A DNA stretch of 64,000 bases, taken from the NCBI GenBank assembly GCA_963663765.2, contig CAXXUA010000011.1, positions 1 to 64,000 on the forward strand, read 5' to 3'. The notes under the pieces were generated by a model, which ran no database searches, was not told the origin of the DNA, and saw nothing but the letters and a program-made list of their open reading frames with translations. The translations under genes and the position numbers were made by a program. This document shows, piece by piece, positions 29,642 through 39,321 of this stretch. The first letter of the stretch is position 1, and every line of letters starts with the position of its first letter. This stretch comes from Candidatus Poribacteria bacterium (GTDB lineage: Bacteria > Poribacteria > WGA-4E > WGA-3G).

Positions 29642-30360
29642 TCATACCAATTATGGATCACAATAACAGGGGTGGAGTTTTCTGTTAATTGGAGCTTCAC
29701 CCATTTTGCGTTTTCAATGAATTCGTTTCGTAACGCGTTTGTCATATCGGGATGTATCTGTAACGAATCCAAATTCCAACGCAAGTTTTGACTATGTTTT
29801 ACGACAACTTTTGCATCATCAGCAATAAGAGAAACGCGCTGTATACCACTGTTTTTTCGTGTGAGTTGCAGGTTGGACGTAACAAAGTGGATGGTTTGTT
29901 GTGGGTCTCGCATTTCAGCTTTGTAATGGTAGTTATTCTCTTTTGCAAGGAAATACCCCATACGTAGCAGTTTGAGATTACCCAAAAAGTGATCTGTCTC
30001 ATACACCTCAGAACGAGGCAAACCTCCGTAAATGATGAGATGTCCGGATTTGTTTTCTTCTATAGCGTACCTGACTGCTAACTGACCATCAGTATAATCT
30101 TTATCCGTTTGCCCAACCCATTCACTAACTATTTGCTTCGGTTTTGTGGTTGCATTGTTGATTGAATCAAGGTCACCGATAAGGCAATCAGGCGTTAAGT
30201 TGAGACCGTCCATCTTATTTAGTTCATCAAAGATAGCAATTCCACCGTCTGCGCAAATAAGAGACGCACCATTTTTCCTACCAGTCTCAATCTCCTGCAA
30301 ATAAAAATGGAGTTTTGTTAAATCGTAGTAACCGTTGAGGAAAATCAGTACAGTTTTCAT
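29632..30360 (-). CDS. Thiamine pyrophosphokinase-like protein
   Basis: ICADGG, GDLDSI, DKDYTDG, DHFLGN. Confidence 0.75.
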   Translation of the reverse strand: MKTVLIFLNGYYDLTKLHFYLQEIETGRKNGASLICADGGIAIFDELNKMDGLNLTPDCLIGDLDSINNATTKPKQIVSEWVGQTDKDYTDGQLAVRYAIEENKSGHLIIYGGLPRSEVYETDHFLGNLKLLRMGYFLAKENNYHYKAEMRDPQQTIHFVTSNLQLTRKNSGIQRVSLIADDAKVVVKHSQNLRWNLDSLQIHPDMTNALRNEFIENAKWVKLQLTENSTPVIVIHNWYDYD

Positions 30361-30371
30361 TTTATTTTAGA

Positions 30372-30555
30372 TAGGACTTACGCAGAAACGGTAGGCGGTG
30401 AATGCCTAAATAGCATTCATATCCGGGGAATACCATAAGGTATTCATACCGTTGATTTGGTGCTTTGTAAGCTCGCTGGAAACCTATAAAATTCTGATAG
30501 TTACATCATTTTCATCTTAATTTTTGATTAAATCATGAAAACTACATAAGTCATG
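30372..30555. mobile_element. MITE of the (C/T)AGGACTTACGCA family; its end overlaps the stop codon of 30551..31462
   Basis: Colinear with 43080-43237; imperfect 5-bp TSD ttaga/ttaaa. Confidence 0.7.
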
Positions 30556-31462
30556 TTAAAAAAATGTTGTAAGTCGGTAGCAACCGTTTGGGATGATAAG
30601 CAAGTTTGACTCGTTTTAAGTTTTCCAATCCTGAATCGTCCATTGTGTTAATCCACTGGTATGAATGCGTCAATTCTCTACAGAAATCTCGAAAAATAAA
30701 CTGTGCAAGACCTCTCATATTTAAGTCAGCAATCTCAAAAAGTATACAGAACATTTCACTATTTAATGGGTATCCGAAGGTGTAAGCACAAAGTCTGCCA
30801 TTGATGCGAATAACCCTTCCTATCAATCCTAATGCTTCGGCATTAGTTATGCCAATATGATGTGCAGTTTGTGAATCTTCCAGCATTGCAAGATAAATTG
30901 GGTCATCATATTTTCCCATTCGTGATTTTCTCCAGTACTCATATAAATCATAACATGACTTTCTATCCGATATGTGATACGGTTCAGATTTCACTGCAGG
31001 AAAACGTGCTATAAAAGCGTTGCAAACGTTCCTTTGCCGTTTATATCTGTCTCCTCGTAACTCACTCAAGTCCTTTGATCTATAGACATATTCAGTTTCT
31101 TTTTTGATTGCAGCAAAACCCTCATCTTTAAATGCTGGTAGTAATTCTTCAGGCACATTTTCAATGCGTGCAATCTGCGAATTCCGATTTGATTCAAGCA
31201 TAAATTGATACGTTTCGTGAACAGTCTCCATATATGCAGGTTTGTTGGCATCACACGGTATCGGCAGAATAGGCATGAAATAATCATTACCTTGTTTTGC
31301 GAAAACGCTTATGTAGTGGTATTGTAGTGTCCAATAGAATTGAAAATGGTCTTGCCATATATAAATGGGAGTGAATGCATAACTGGATAAGTGGGTCTGC
31401 ATTTGGGTAACATAACTATCAAAAACAGATTTATCGTCAAGAGTTAGGGGACGTAGTTGCAT
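30551..31462 (-). CDS. DUF2156 / aminoacyl-PG-synthase C-terminal-like GNAT protein
   Basis: EYVY...LSELRG..YKRQRN.CNAF, INTMDDSGLENLKRVKLAYHP. Confidence 0.8.
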   Translation of the reverse strand: MQLRPLTLDDKSVFDSYVTQMQTHLSSYAFTPIYIWQDHFQFYWTLQYHYISVFAKQGNDYFMPILPIPCDANKPAYMETVHETYQFMLESNRNSQIARIENVPEELLPAFKDEGFAAIKKETEYVYRSKDLSELRGDRYKRQRNVCNAFIARFPAVKSEPYHISDRKSCYDLYEYWRKSRMGKYDDPIYLAMLEDSQTAHHIGITNAEALGLIGRVIRINGRLCAYTFGYPLNSEMFCILFEIADLNMRGLAQFIFRDFCRELTHSYQWINTMDDSGLENLKRVKLAYHPKRLLPTYNIFLT

Positions 31463-31991
31463 TTTGTATGCTATGATTGAGTGTATGAAAGACCTTTACC
31501 GTATCCTGATAATTTCCGATCAGACTCCAATTTTCAGTGATTATATTACTTATTTCCTCTGTTTCAACATAGTTTATGACTAACTGTAGATGTTGCTGAA
31601 AGGTCTTGGTATCATATTTTACCTCACTAAATGGACAGAGCATATCCACCCCTAAAACTACTTGAGTTTTATCTTCGTTGAACATTAATGCAAAAGGATA
31701 GAGTTGGCAGTCCAACGGACGATTATTGTATATAGTGCATTCATTCGTTTTCGGTTCAAAGAATGGACATAAGTAATAATGTTTGTGAGGTTTCAGTTTT
31801 ATTTGTGAACTTTTTCCATCTGTTTGTGGTTGGAACAGCGTTGGATCAGCACCATCAGATATTACCTTTTGCTTTTCTTTTTCTGTGAAAATAGGTGCGA
31901 GTTGACTATCCGACTCCAAGAATCTACAGCACACATCGCAAGATAAACAAACGTCGTTAGGGATGATTTGGTAAAGTCTTTGGTTTGGCAT
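31437..31991 (-). CDS. YkgJ-family cysteine-cluster protein
   Basis: CLSCDVCC, CPF, CTIY..RP.DCQLYPF. Confidence 0.82.
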   Translation of the reverse strand: MPNQRLYQIIPNDVCLSCDVCCRFLESDSQLAPIFTEKEKQKVISDGADPTLFQPQTDGKSSQIKLKPHKHYYLCPFFEPKTNECTIYNNRPLDCQLYPFALMFNEDKTQVVLGVDMLCPFSEVKYDTKTFQQHLQLVINYVETEEISNIITENWSLIGNYQDTVKVFHTLNHSIQNATTSPNS

Positions 31992-32013
31992 GTTGTGCTA
32001 TCGCTTGTACGCA

Positions 32014-33159
32014 TTAAGATGAAAGAAGTTTGCCAATTGTATCAATCACGGTATGAATGTCATTTTCAGTTAACCCGGGATGAAGAGGCAGACTCACGAC
32101 ACGTTCAAAAACGCTTTCTGCATTTGGAAAATCTCCGATCCTATAACCATATTGCTTCTGATAATAATCAAAGAGGTGGAGTGGGATATAGTGGACACTA
32201 CATTCAATGTTTTCTTCGCGCATAGAATCAACGAAAGCATCACGGTCACCGTTTTGAAGTTGAATCATATAAAGATGCCAAGAGTGCTCTGCAGGATTAT
32301 TTGGGACAGTGGGTGTCTTAATTTGAGGTATTTTTTTCAACTCTGTTTGATATATGTGTGCGAAGTTTTGCCGGCGTTCTTGCTGTTTGTTCAATTTCAT
32401 GAGTTGACATAATCCCATGGCTGCTTGAATGTCAGTCATGTTGTATTTATAGCCTTCTGTTGTAATGTCATATCTCCACATAGTGCGTTTAGATTGGCGT
32501 GCCCATGCGTCTTTGTCAATTCCGTGTAGTCGCATTGTTTGTAGAGGTTTTGCGAATGTGTCGTTATTGGTCGTAATCATTCCTCCTTCGCCGGTGGTTA
32601 GGTTTTTGTTTGCATAGAAACTAAAAGCGGACAGGTCTCCGAGAGTGCCTATGAAATGACCTTTATATTGCGTTGGAATGGCATGAGCGGCATCATCAAT
32701 TAGTATCAGTTTGTTTGTATCACATATTTCACGTAATGTATCCATATCACAAGGAAATCCAGCGATGTGGACAGGCATGATGGCTTTTGTTTTTGGGGTA
32801 ATCATTTGTTCTATTTTATTGACGTCAATGTTAAGTGTCTCAGGACAGATGTCAACAAAAACAGGTCTTGCTCCTACGTATCGGATGGCTTCTGCGGTTG
32901 CTGTGAAGGTGTAGGGTGTTGTGATTACCTCATCACCGACACCGATTCCCGTAACAACAAGACTAAGATGTAGAGCTGCGGTGCATGAACTGACAGCGAT
33001 TGCATGTTTGACTCCCAGATATTCTGCAAAAGCGCGTTCAAACTCACGTACTCTCCCACCAGTACTGATCCATTTAGATTCAAGGACTTGACTAACTGCA
33101 TCTATTTCGGTTTCGTCAATCCACGGACGACTAAAGGGTATAAAAGGTTTTTGTTCCAC
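32014..33159 (-). CDS. DegT/DnrJ/EryC1/StrS sugar aminotransferase
   Basis: SSCTAALH, DDAAHA, FSFYANKNLTTGEGG, GYKYNM. Confidence 0.93.
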   Translation of the reverse strand: MEQKPFIPFSRPWIDETEIDAVSQVLESKWISTGGRVREFERAFAEYLGVKHAIAVSSCTAALHLSLVVTGIGVGDEVITTPYTFTATAEAIRYVGARPVFVDICPETLNIDVNKIEQMITPKTKAIMPVHIAGFPCDMDTLREICDTNKLILIDDAAHAIPTQYKGHFIGTLGDLSAFSFYANKNLTTGEGGMITTNNDTFAKPLQTMRLHGIDKDAWARQSKRTMWRYDITTEGYKYNMTDIQAAMGLCQLMKLNKQQERRQNFAHIYQTELKKIPQIKTPTVPNNPAEHSWHLYMIQLQNGDRDAFVDSMREENIECSVHYIPLHLFDYYQKQYGYRIGDFPNAESVFERVVSLPLHPGLTENDIHTVIDTIGKLLSS

Positions 33160-33179
33160 AAATGCATCCTTTTGAATTA

Positions 33180-33641
33180 CTATTCTAAATTTTCTAGTGT
33201 ATTTGGACCGAGAATATGTATCATTGCTTGTAGTCCCAAGATGTAACTATAAGCGCCAAAACCGCTGACGACCCCTGCTGCAACTCCTGATATATGTGAA
33301 TGATGACGGAATTCTTCACGTGCATATATATTGGAAAGATGTATCTCAACTACCGGGACTCCAACTGTGGATAGGGCATCACGTATTGCAATGCTGGTAT
33401 GCGTATAGGCTGCCGGATTTATCATAATACCGTCTGCCCACTCTATGTGGTCACCGATGATAGACACTAACTCACCTTCATGGTTTGATTGTTTGATTTT
33501 AAGTACAACATTTACAGATGATGATGCGACAAACTGGTCAAGAGCGGCGTTTATATCGTTCAATGTCTGGTGTCCGTAAATCTCTGGTTGGCGTTTCCCC
33601 AGTAGATTTAGGTTCGGTCCGTGTAGGACAAGGATATTCAT
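33180..33641 (-). CDS. aroQ: Type II 3-dehydroquinate dehydratase
   Basis: LHGPNLNLLGKR, QSNHEG, NPAAYTHTS, EIHLSN. Confidence 0.97.
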   Translation of the reverse strand: MNILVLHGPNLNLLGKRQPEIYGHQTLNDINAALDQFVASSSVNVVLKIKQSNHEGELVSIIGDHIEWADGIMINPAAYTHTSIAIRDALSTVGVPVVEIHLSNIYAREEFRHHSHISGVAAGVVSGFGAYSYILGLQAMIHILGPNTLENLE

Positions 33642-33766
33642 ACAACTATTTCCTTATAAGTGTGTCATCATCAGCAATGCGTTTTTGTTTTTTCATAAGA
33701 AATCCGCGTTTGCATTTTATTAGAAATACGTTTTTAAATCAATAGGAAATGATGGGATTGTGGGAT

Positions 33767-34245
33767 GGGTGTGTAAAGTTTTTGCACAGAGGTACTAATA
33801 CCAATTCAAATAAATCTTGTCTCATTAAGGAATTCTACTGTTTACTGGCAGGGGGTTATTCTCTTCGGTAGGAGCGACCTCCCGGTCGCGACCGGGAGGT
33901 CGCTCCTACCAGATTTCCGCTGCTAATGAGACATTATCACATGAAAATGGTATAACTTTTGTTCTCTTTAGTCCCGTAGGGACGCAATGTTTATAGAAAG
34001 ACGTTATCACATCCCCTCTATTTAGTTCCGTAGGAACGACATAGAAGGATAAACATATCGTTCCTACCAAATCAACGCCAAATGCGCGTATGGCATTTGT
34101 CGGGACTGAAAAGACCTGGGGATTTGTATTTCTATAAACATATCGTCCCTACGGGACTGAAGAATATGGTTAATATTAACAATATTTCTTTATATTGACA
34201 CCTAATGAAGTTTGACAATCACAATCAGTAGTTGAATTCGTAGGG
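33767..34245. mobile_element. Truncated second copy of the GGGTGTGTAAAG MITE with two nested insertions
   Basis: Colinear with 18867-19150 apart from inserts at 33799-33952 and 34068-34101. Confidence 0.85.
33799..33952. mobile_element. 154-bp MITE, 3-bp TSD TAA, internal REP palindrome
   Basis: Empty site visible at 18891-18904; ends TACCAATTCA/TGAAAATGGTA; second copy at 63341-63494. Confidence 0.9.
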
Positions 34246-34634
34246 GTTGGGGTGTGGAATCACGGAGGACGCGGAAGACGCGGAGAAGACAATTTGTCTG
34301 AACCAGGATTTACATGATTTTCTGATTTTCAGGATTAACTTCATCAAGATTATTGAATCGTGCATTTCGCGTCATACATGATACAGAAATCGGGGTTGAA
34401 AACCCCTCCCACAAGAGGGTGGGTGCGGACTCGCGGAGGTATGCGGAGAAGACATTTTGTCTGAACCAGGATGGACAAATCAAGAAATCAACGGTATGAA
34501 TGCTATTTAGCATTCCCCGGGTATGAATGCCTTATGGCATTCCCCGGGATTTTCTGATTTTCAGGATTAACTTCATCAAGGTTTTTGATGTGTACATTTC
34601 GCGTCATTCATGATACAGAAATCAGGGTTGAAAA

Positions 34635-34785
34635 ACCCTCCCACAAGAGAGACCCTCTCACAAGAGAGACCCTCCCACAAGAGAGACCCTCCCACAAGAG
34701 AGACCCTCCCACAAGAGAGACCCTCCCACAAGAGAGACCCTCCCACAAGAGAGACCCTCCCACAAGAGAGACCCTCCTACAAGAG
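34635..34785. repeat. 17-bp tandem repeat (accctcccacaagagag) x9, expanded from a REP tail
   Basis: Units start every 17 bp from 34635 to 34771. Confidence 0.95.
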
Positions 34786-34820
34786 GGTCTCATACGGGAA
34801 GGTGAGCGTGGATAGAGTGA

Positions 34821-35888
34821 TTATCTTTTTCGTGTTTGCCCTTCAAAGGGGGTACGTAGATCATACCGTCCTTCTTCAAGGACAGGGAGCGTTCCGTCAT
34901 TGACCATTAATTCCAAGGGTAATTCCTTGGTTTCAAGCGGCATATTTACGACATCCTTTATGCGTAGGGATTCGTAGATTGCCATCATGATTTCAATGGT
35001 ATACCGTGCTTGTTCGCCTCTACCCCTGTGTGTTGGTATTTTGCCTTCAATCCATTCGATTAGTTCTTGAAACTGGTTCTTTGGTTCTGGGGGAGGTTTT
35101 ATCGTTTGCCATCCTTTAGCGTCATTGTTTTGAAGTAGGACTGTTCCATTTTCACCGTTTCGGATTTGTCCTTCTGTTCCTGCTATAGTTGGGTGGGGAA
35201 CGGATGGGTCAGGTAAATCCCCTTCATAGATAGCCCGCGCGCCCCCTTCGAAGCAGACGAATCCCATACAGAGGTCTTCACAGATGGTGCGGCGTTCCCA
35301 CCGATCTGTTGTTCGTGATGTTTGTCCGATTACCCAAAGAGTTTCAGGGTCGGAGAGGATGAAACGCCATCCATCAATTGCGTGCGTGCCGGTGTTGAGT
35401 AGTCCCGCATGCGGTTTTGCACGATGGTGGAGTGTTGTCGGTTTTCCGATTGCCCCTGCAGCGACAAGCCTACGGATTTCTATGTTTACTGGACTATATC
35501 TGCGTTGATGTCCAATAACAAGTTTGACATTGTTCTGTTCGCAAGCATTGAGCATATCGTCAGCTTGTCCGAGAGAAGCTGCCATGGGTTTTTCACCGAG
35601 GATACCCTTAAGACCGGCATTTGCGGCAGCGACTGTGGCTTCTGCACGTGGTCCTTGCCATGTTGTGATACTGACGATGTCCAAATCTTCTTTTGCTAAC
35701 ATATCATGAACATCTGTATAAACTGCGGGAATATTGAATTCATCAGCTAATCGTTTTGCGGATTCTTCATAGATGTCCATTGCTGCGACGACATCAACAT
35801 TTGGTTGTTTTTGCCAGTTTCTTGAATGTGACCTTCCCGTACCACCGCAGCCAATGATTCCGACACGATATGATTTATCGGTTGCCAT
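34821..35888 (-). CDS. Gfo/Idh/MocA family oxidoreductase
   Basis: IIGCGG, GEKPMA, GHQRRY, GTHAID. Confidence 0.9.
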   Translation of the reverse strand: MATDKSYRVGIIGCGGTGRSHSRNWQKQPNVDVVAAMDIYEESAKRLADEFNIPAVYTDVHDMLAKEDLDIVSITTWQGPRAEATVAAANAGLKGILGEKPMAASLGQADDMLNACEQNNVKLVIGHQRRYSPVNIEIRRLVAAGAIGKPTTLHHRAKPHAGLLNTGTHAIDGWRFILSDPETLWVIGQTSRTTDRWERRTICEDLCMGFVCFEGGARAIYEGDLPDPSVPHPTIAGTEGQIRNGENGTVLLQNNDAKGWQTIKPPPEPKNQFQELIEWIEGKIPTHRGRGEQARYTIEIMMAIYESLRIKDVVNMPLETKELPLELMVNDGTLPVLEEGRYDLRTPFEGQTRKR

Positions 35889-35933
35889 AATCTTGAATTC
35901 CTTTGCTTTTGGTTGGATATTTCAGAATTATTA

Positions 35934-36698
35934 TTACGATAACCCCATTGCTTGTAAGTTTTTGAGACTGATACCCAGACTTTCAAATGGATCTCGTTCA
36001 TAACATGAATCTTGTTCAATTATGTACCATTCCACTTCTGCGTATTCACAAGCTTCTATTATAGCTGTCCAATTTAGGTTGCCTTCACCGACTTCTGCGT
36101 ATCTTTGTGAGTTGCCTTTGACTGCCATATCTTTTAGATGTACGATATGTGCGCGTCCTTTTAGTTTGCGGATCCAGTCTGCGGGATCACCGCCACCATG
36201 TTGAATCCAATAGGTATCAATTTCACTGTTGAAATACTTTGGATCGCTTTCCTCATATAAAATCTGTAGTCCGGTGCGATCCCCAAAGCGTTCCAGTTCA
36301 AAACTGTGGTTGTGATAGGAGAAGGTTAATCCGCCTTCAGCGAGGCGTTCACCGACTTCAGAAGCTTCATTTGCAAACTTTGCGTATCCTTCTTCAGTGC
36401 GATATTCACCGGGAAGACCACCGATTGCTGCATGTTTACATCCCCACAATTGATGTTCATCTATGACTGCCTGTGGTTCGTCTTTCATGCGTGCATAACT
36501 GGAGTGTGTAGCACAGATCGTGATACATTCATTGTCAATAATGTTTTTGAGTGCTTTCGGTTCAATCGGACCGAGGGCAGAACATTGAACGGCATCATAG
36601 CCGAGTTGTTTAACCTTTTTCATTGTTTCAGCGATTTCCGATTCAGTTTTTGTAAATTGTCTAAGTGTATAGAGTTGAGCGGCGAGTTGTGTTGCCAT
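35934..36698 (-). CDS. Sugar phosphate isomerase/epimerase (TIM barrel)
   Basis: QLYTLR, YHNH, DTYW, VHLKD, EQD. Confidence 0.88.
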   Translation of the reverse strand: MATQLAAQLYTLRQFTKTESEIAETMKKVKQLGYDAVQCSALGPIEPKALKNIIDNECITICATHSSYARMKDEPQAVIDEHQLWGCKHAAIGGLPGEYRTEEGYAKFANEASEVGERLAEGGLTFSYHNHSFELERFGDRTGLQILYEESDPKYFNSEIDTYWIQHGGGDPADWIRKLKGRAHIVHLKDMAVKGNSQRYAEVGEGNLNWTAIIEACEYAEVEWYIIEQDSCYERDPFESLGISLKNLQAMGLS

Positions 36699-36884
36699 TA
36701 TTTCTCCTTAGATAAAAGATGATTGTATTGTGATAGTATACAAATAAAGACAGTTGATGTCAATACGATATTTTTCGTAAAATCTGAAATTATCTTTTCC
36801 TGCTGTAGCGTCCATTTTCAGTATGCGCAAATACGAGTTAAACTAAAAGCTTGTGTTACTATGTAGCAACTCGGTTTACTTTAA

Positions 36885-37228
36885 CAATACCTTCGCCAAT
36901 TATAGACATTCTTCCAGATTGTGCGGTCAGTTGTAGCACATTCTGCCAGATTGTGCGGTCAGTTGTAGCACATTCTTCCAGATTGTGCGTGTAGTTGTAG
37001 CACATTCTTCCAGATTGTGCGTGTAGTTGTAGCACATTCTTCCAGATTGTGCAAATAAATTATTCTGTCAGATTCTATCGTCAAATTAGACGCTATGATA
37101 ATTAAAAATACTTCAACGAAAACCTGAAGTTATTTTTATTTATGTAATCCTAACAATATCACAGAGCAATGGTAGATCAACACTATATACTCATTCAACT
37201 GAAGCACTCAAAAATGGCGAAGGTATTG
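36885..37228. mobile_element. MITE (TIR CAATACCTTCGCC, 6-bp TSD CTTTAA) with 32-bp tandem REPs
   Basis: CTTTAA at 36879-36884 and 37229-37234; perfect 13-bp TIR. Confidence 0.9.
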
Positions 37229-37522
37229 CTTTAAGAAACCTATGTATGAATGTGTGTTTAATTGGCAATTGAATACTTCTTACATACTGCGGGATATTGA
37301 GTTTACCCCATTTTACCCGTTTTATGAGAAAATCGCGTCTGGGAAATCAACGGTATGAATGCCTTATGATGATTAATTTATTAATTCGGAAATAAATTTT
37401 TCTCACACAGCATGCGGAGAATGACTAAATGGCATTCCCCGGGTTGCTCCTAAGGGGGTTTTCATTTTGAATTATTCAATCATTAGGAAAACTGAATAAC
37501 CCTAGTCATACTACAAAACCTG

Positions 37523-37551
37523 TTGACAAATTCTAACATTATTTGTAGAAT
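37523..37551 (+). promoter_or_regulatory. Sigma70 promoter
   Basis: TTGACA-17 nt-TAGAAT. Confidence 0.7.
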
Positions 37552-37609
37552 AAATTATTCACAAATAGGGTTTTACAGAATGTTTTATGTAGAGAGAAAG
37601 GAGGAGGAT

Positions 37610-38512
37610 ATGGCAAACTCAGACTATAGAATAGGGTTTGTGGGTGTAGGTAGGATGGGTGCAAACATTGCTCGACACCTAAATGACGAAGGTTTTACAG
37701 TTGTCGCTGTTTACGATGTCGCGAGTGATAGAGCAAAGGAATTGGCAACAGAACTTGAGGCGACAGCAGCAGATAAATTAGTACTGGTTACTGAACTTGC
37801 AGATTACATTATCACTGTTGTAACGGATGACGATGCAATGCGTAAGATTTATTCGGAAAGTGCGGATGACAGTTTATTAAAAGGTGCATCTGGTAAAGTG
37901 TTTATCAACTGTGCAACAATTAGTCCACAAGTACATGTTGATATTGAAGACCTTGCTGTTAAACATGGTGCGGAAAGTCTTGAAGGCTGTATGGCAAGCA
38001 GCATCACGCAAGCGCTGGAAGGGACACTTTACCTTATGTGTGGTGGCAAAAAAGCGACTTTTGACAAAGTTCACGATATATTAGACTCAATGAGTGTTTC
38101 TTTAAGCTATATTGGCGAAGCAGGTAAGGCAGCCAAAGTAAAAGCGTTGGTAAATATGGTGATGAATATTAACACTGCTGGATTAGCCGAAGGTTTAGGA
38201 TTGGGAGCTGCATTGGGATTGGATCTGGAGATGTTGCAAGAAGTTTTTGCTCAAACCGGTGCGAATTCTCGCGTATTAGAGACGGATGGTGAAGATATGC
38301 AAATACGAGATCACGAATGCTATTTTTCGGCAGCACACGCATCAAAGGATTCTGGTATCGCGCTTGACCTTGCAAATGATCAGGGAATTAGTCTACCACT
38401 TGCACAAGCTACAAAAGACCAATATGACCGTATGATTGAACTTGGTTTAGGGGATTTAGATAAGTCCGGTGTTGCAGAACTGACTTTCCCAGGACGTGGC
38501 AAGAACAAATAA
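37610..38512 (+). CDS. 3-hydroxyisobutyrate/6-phosphogluconate dehydrogenase family oxidoreductase
   Basis: GFVGVGRMG, KVKALVN; AGGAGG RBS before ATG 37610. Confidence 0.88.
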   Translation: MANSDYRIGFVGVGRMGANIARHLNDEGFTVVAVYDVASDRAKELATELEATAADKLVLVTELADYIITVVTDDDAMRKIYSESADDSLLKGASGKVFINCATISPQVHVDIEDLAVKHGAESLEGCMASSITQALEGTLYLMCGGKKATFDKVHDILDSMSVSLSYIGEAGKAAKVKALVNMVMNINTAGLAEGLGLGAALGLDLEMLQEVFAQTGANSRVLETDGEDMQIRDHECYFSAAHASKDSGIALDLANDQGISLPLAQATKDQYDRMIELGLGDLDKSGVAELTFPGRGKNK

Positions 38513-38575
38513 CTCCTTTTTGCAATGGGAACTGATGTGATTCTTACTTTGAAGAGTCGCGAAAGAACACGATGA

Positions 38576-39319
38576 ATGTCAAAAAAAACAGTAAATAAAT
38601 CCATCAAAGGAGTGATACTTGCGGGGGGATTAGGTACTCGTTTGTACCCTCTCACAAAGGTTACAAGCAAACATCTTCTGCCTGTAGGCAATGAACCGAT
38701 GATTTTCCACACAATCAAGCAGCTTGTGGATGCGGGAATCAGGGATATTCTTATTGTAACTAACCCAGAATATGTCTCGGATTTTGTGAAGGCACTTGGT
38801 AGTGGAAATGACTTTGACTGTGATTTTACATATCGGGTGCAAGAAGAAGCGAAAGGTATTGCACATGCGCTTGCCTTAGCAGAAGGATTCGCAGCCGGTG
38901 GTCGCACCGTTGTCTTATTGGCAGACAATATTTTTCAGGAGTCCATCAAACATGTTGTTTCCGATTTTCACAAACAACAGTCTGGTGCGCGCGTCCTTTT
39001 AAAACAGGTTGATGACCCTGAACGATTCGGAGTAGCAGCATTAGATGAAAACCGAATTGTATCTATTGAAGAGAAACCGCAGCAACCTAAGAGTAATTAT
39101 GCGGTCGTAGGTGTTTACCTATATGATTGTACCGTTTTTGAGATAATTAAGACTATCCACCCATCACCTCGCGGAGAGTATGAAATAACTGCTGTCAACA
39201 ATGTGTATCTTGATCGTGGTAAGCTTGAATACAGCATTTTACAAGGGGATTGGGTTGATGCTGGCACTTTTGACTCACTCACTAAAGCACACCAAATGAT
39301 TCTAAATCGGAAGGAGTAG
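38576..39319 (+). CDS. Sugar-1-phosphate nucleotidyltransferase (RmlA/SpsI-like, short form)
   Basis: LAGGLGTRLYPLTK...KHLLPV, EEKP, RGEYEIT, DAGT. Confidence 0.9.
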   Translation: MSKKTVNKSIKGVILAGGLGTRLYPLTKVTSKHLLPVGNEPMIFHTIKQLVDAGIRDILIVTNPEYVSDFVKALGSGNDFDCDFTYRVQEEAKGIAHALALAEGFAAGGRTVVLLADNIFQESIKHVVSDFHKQQSGARVLLKQVDDPERFGVAALDENRIVSIEEKPQQPKSNYAVVGVYLYDCTVFEIIKTIHPSPRGEYEITAVNNVYLDRGKLEYSILQGDWVDAGTFDSLTKAHQMILNRKE

Positions 39320-39321
39320 CA

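Noticed and set aside
30361-30550. TPP riboswitch upstream of the TPK-like gene
   Set aside because: The interval is fully explained by a MITE, and no TPP aptamer motifs were recognised.
34585-34903. ORFs over the 17-bp repeat
   Set aside because: Repeat-derived open frames on both strands.
37523-37609. TTG start for the oxidoreductase
   Set aside because: The TTG is the -35 box of the promoter; a strong RBS supports ATG 37610.
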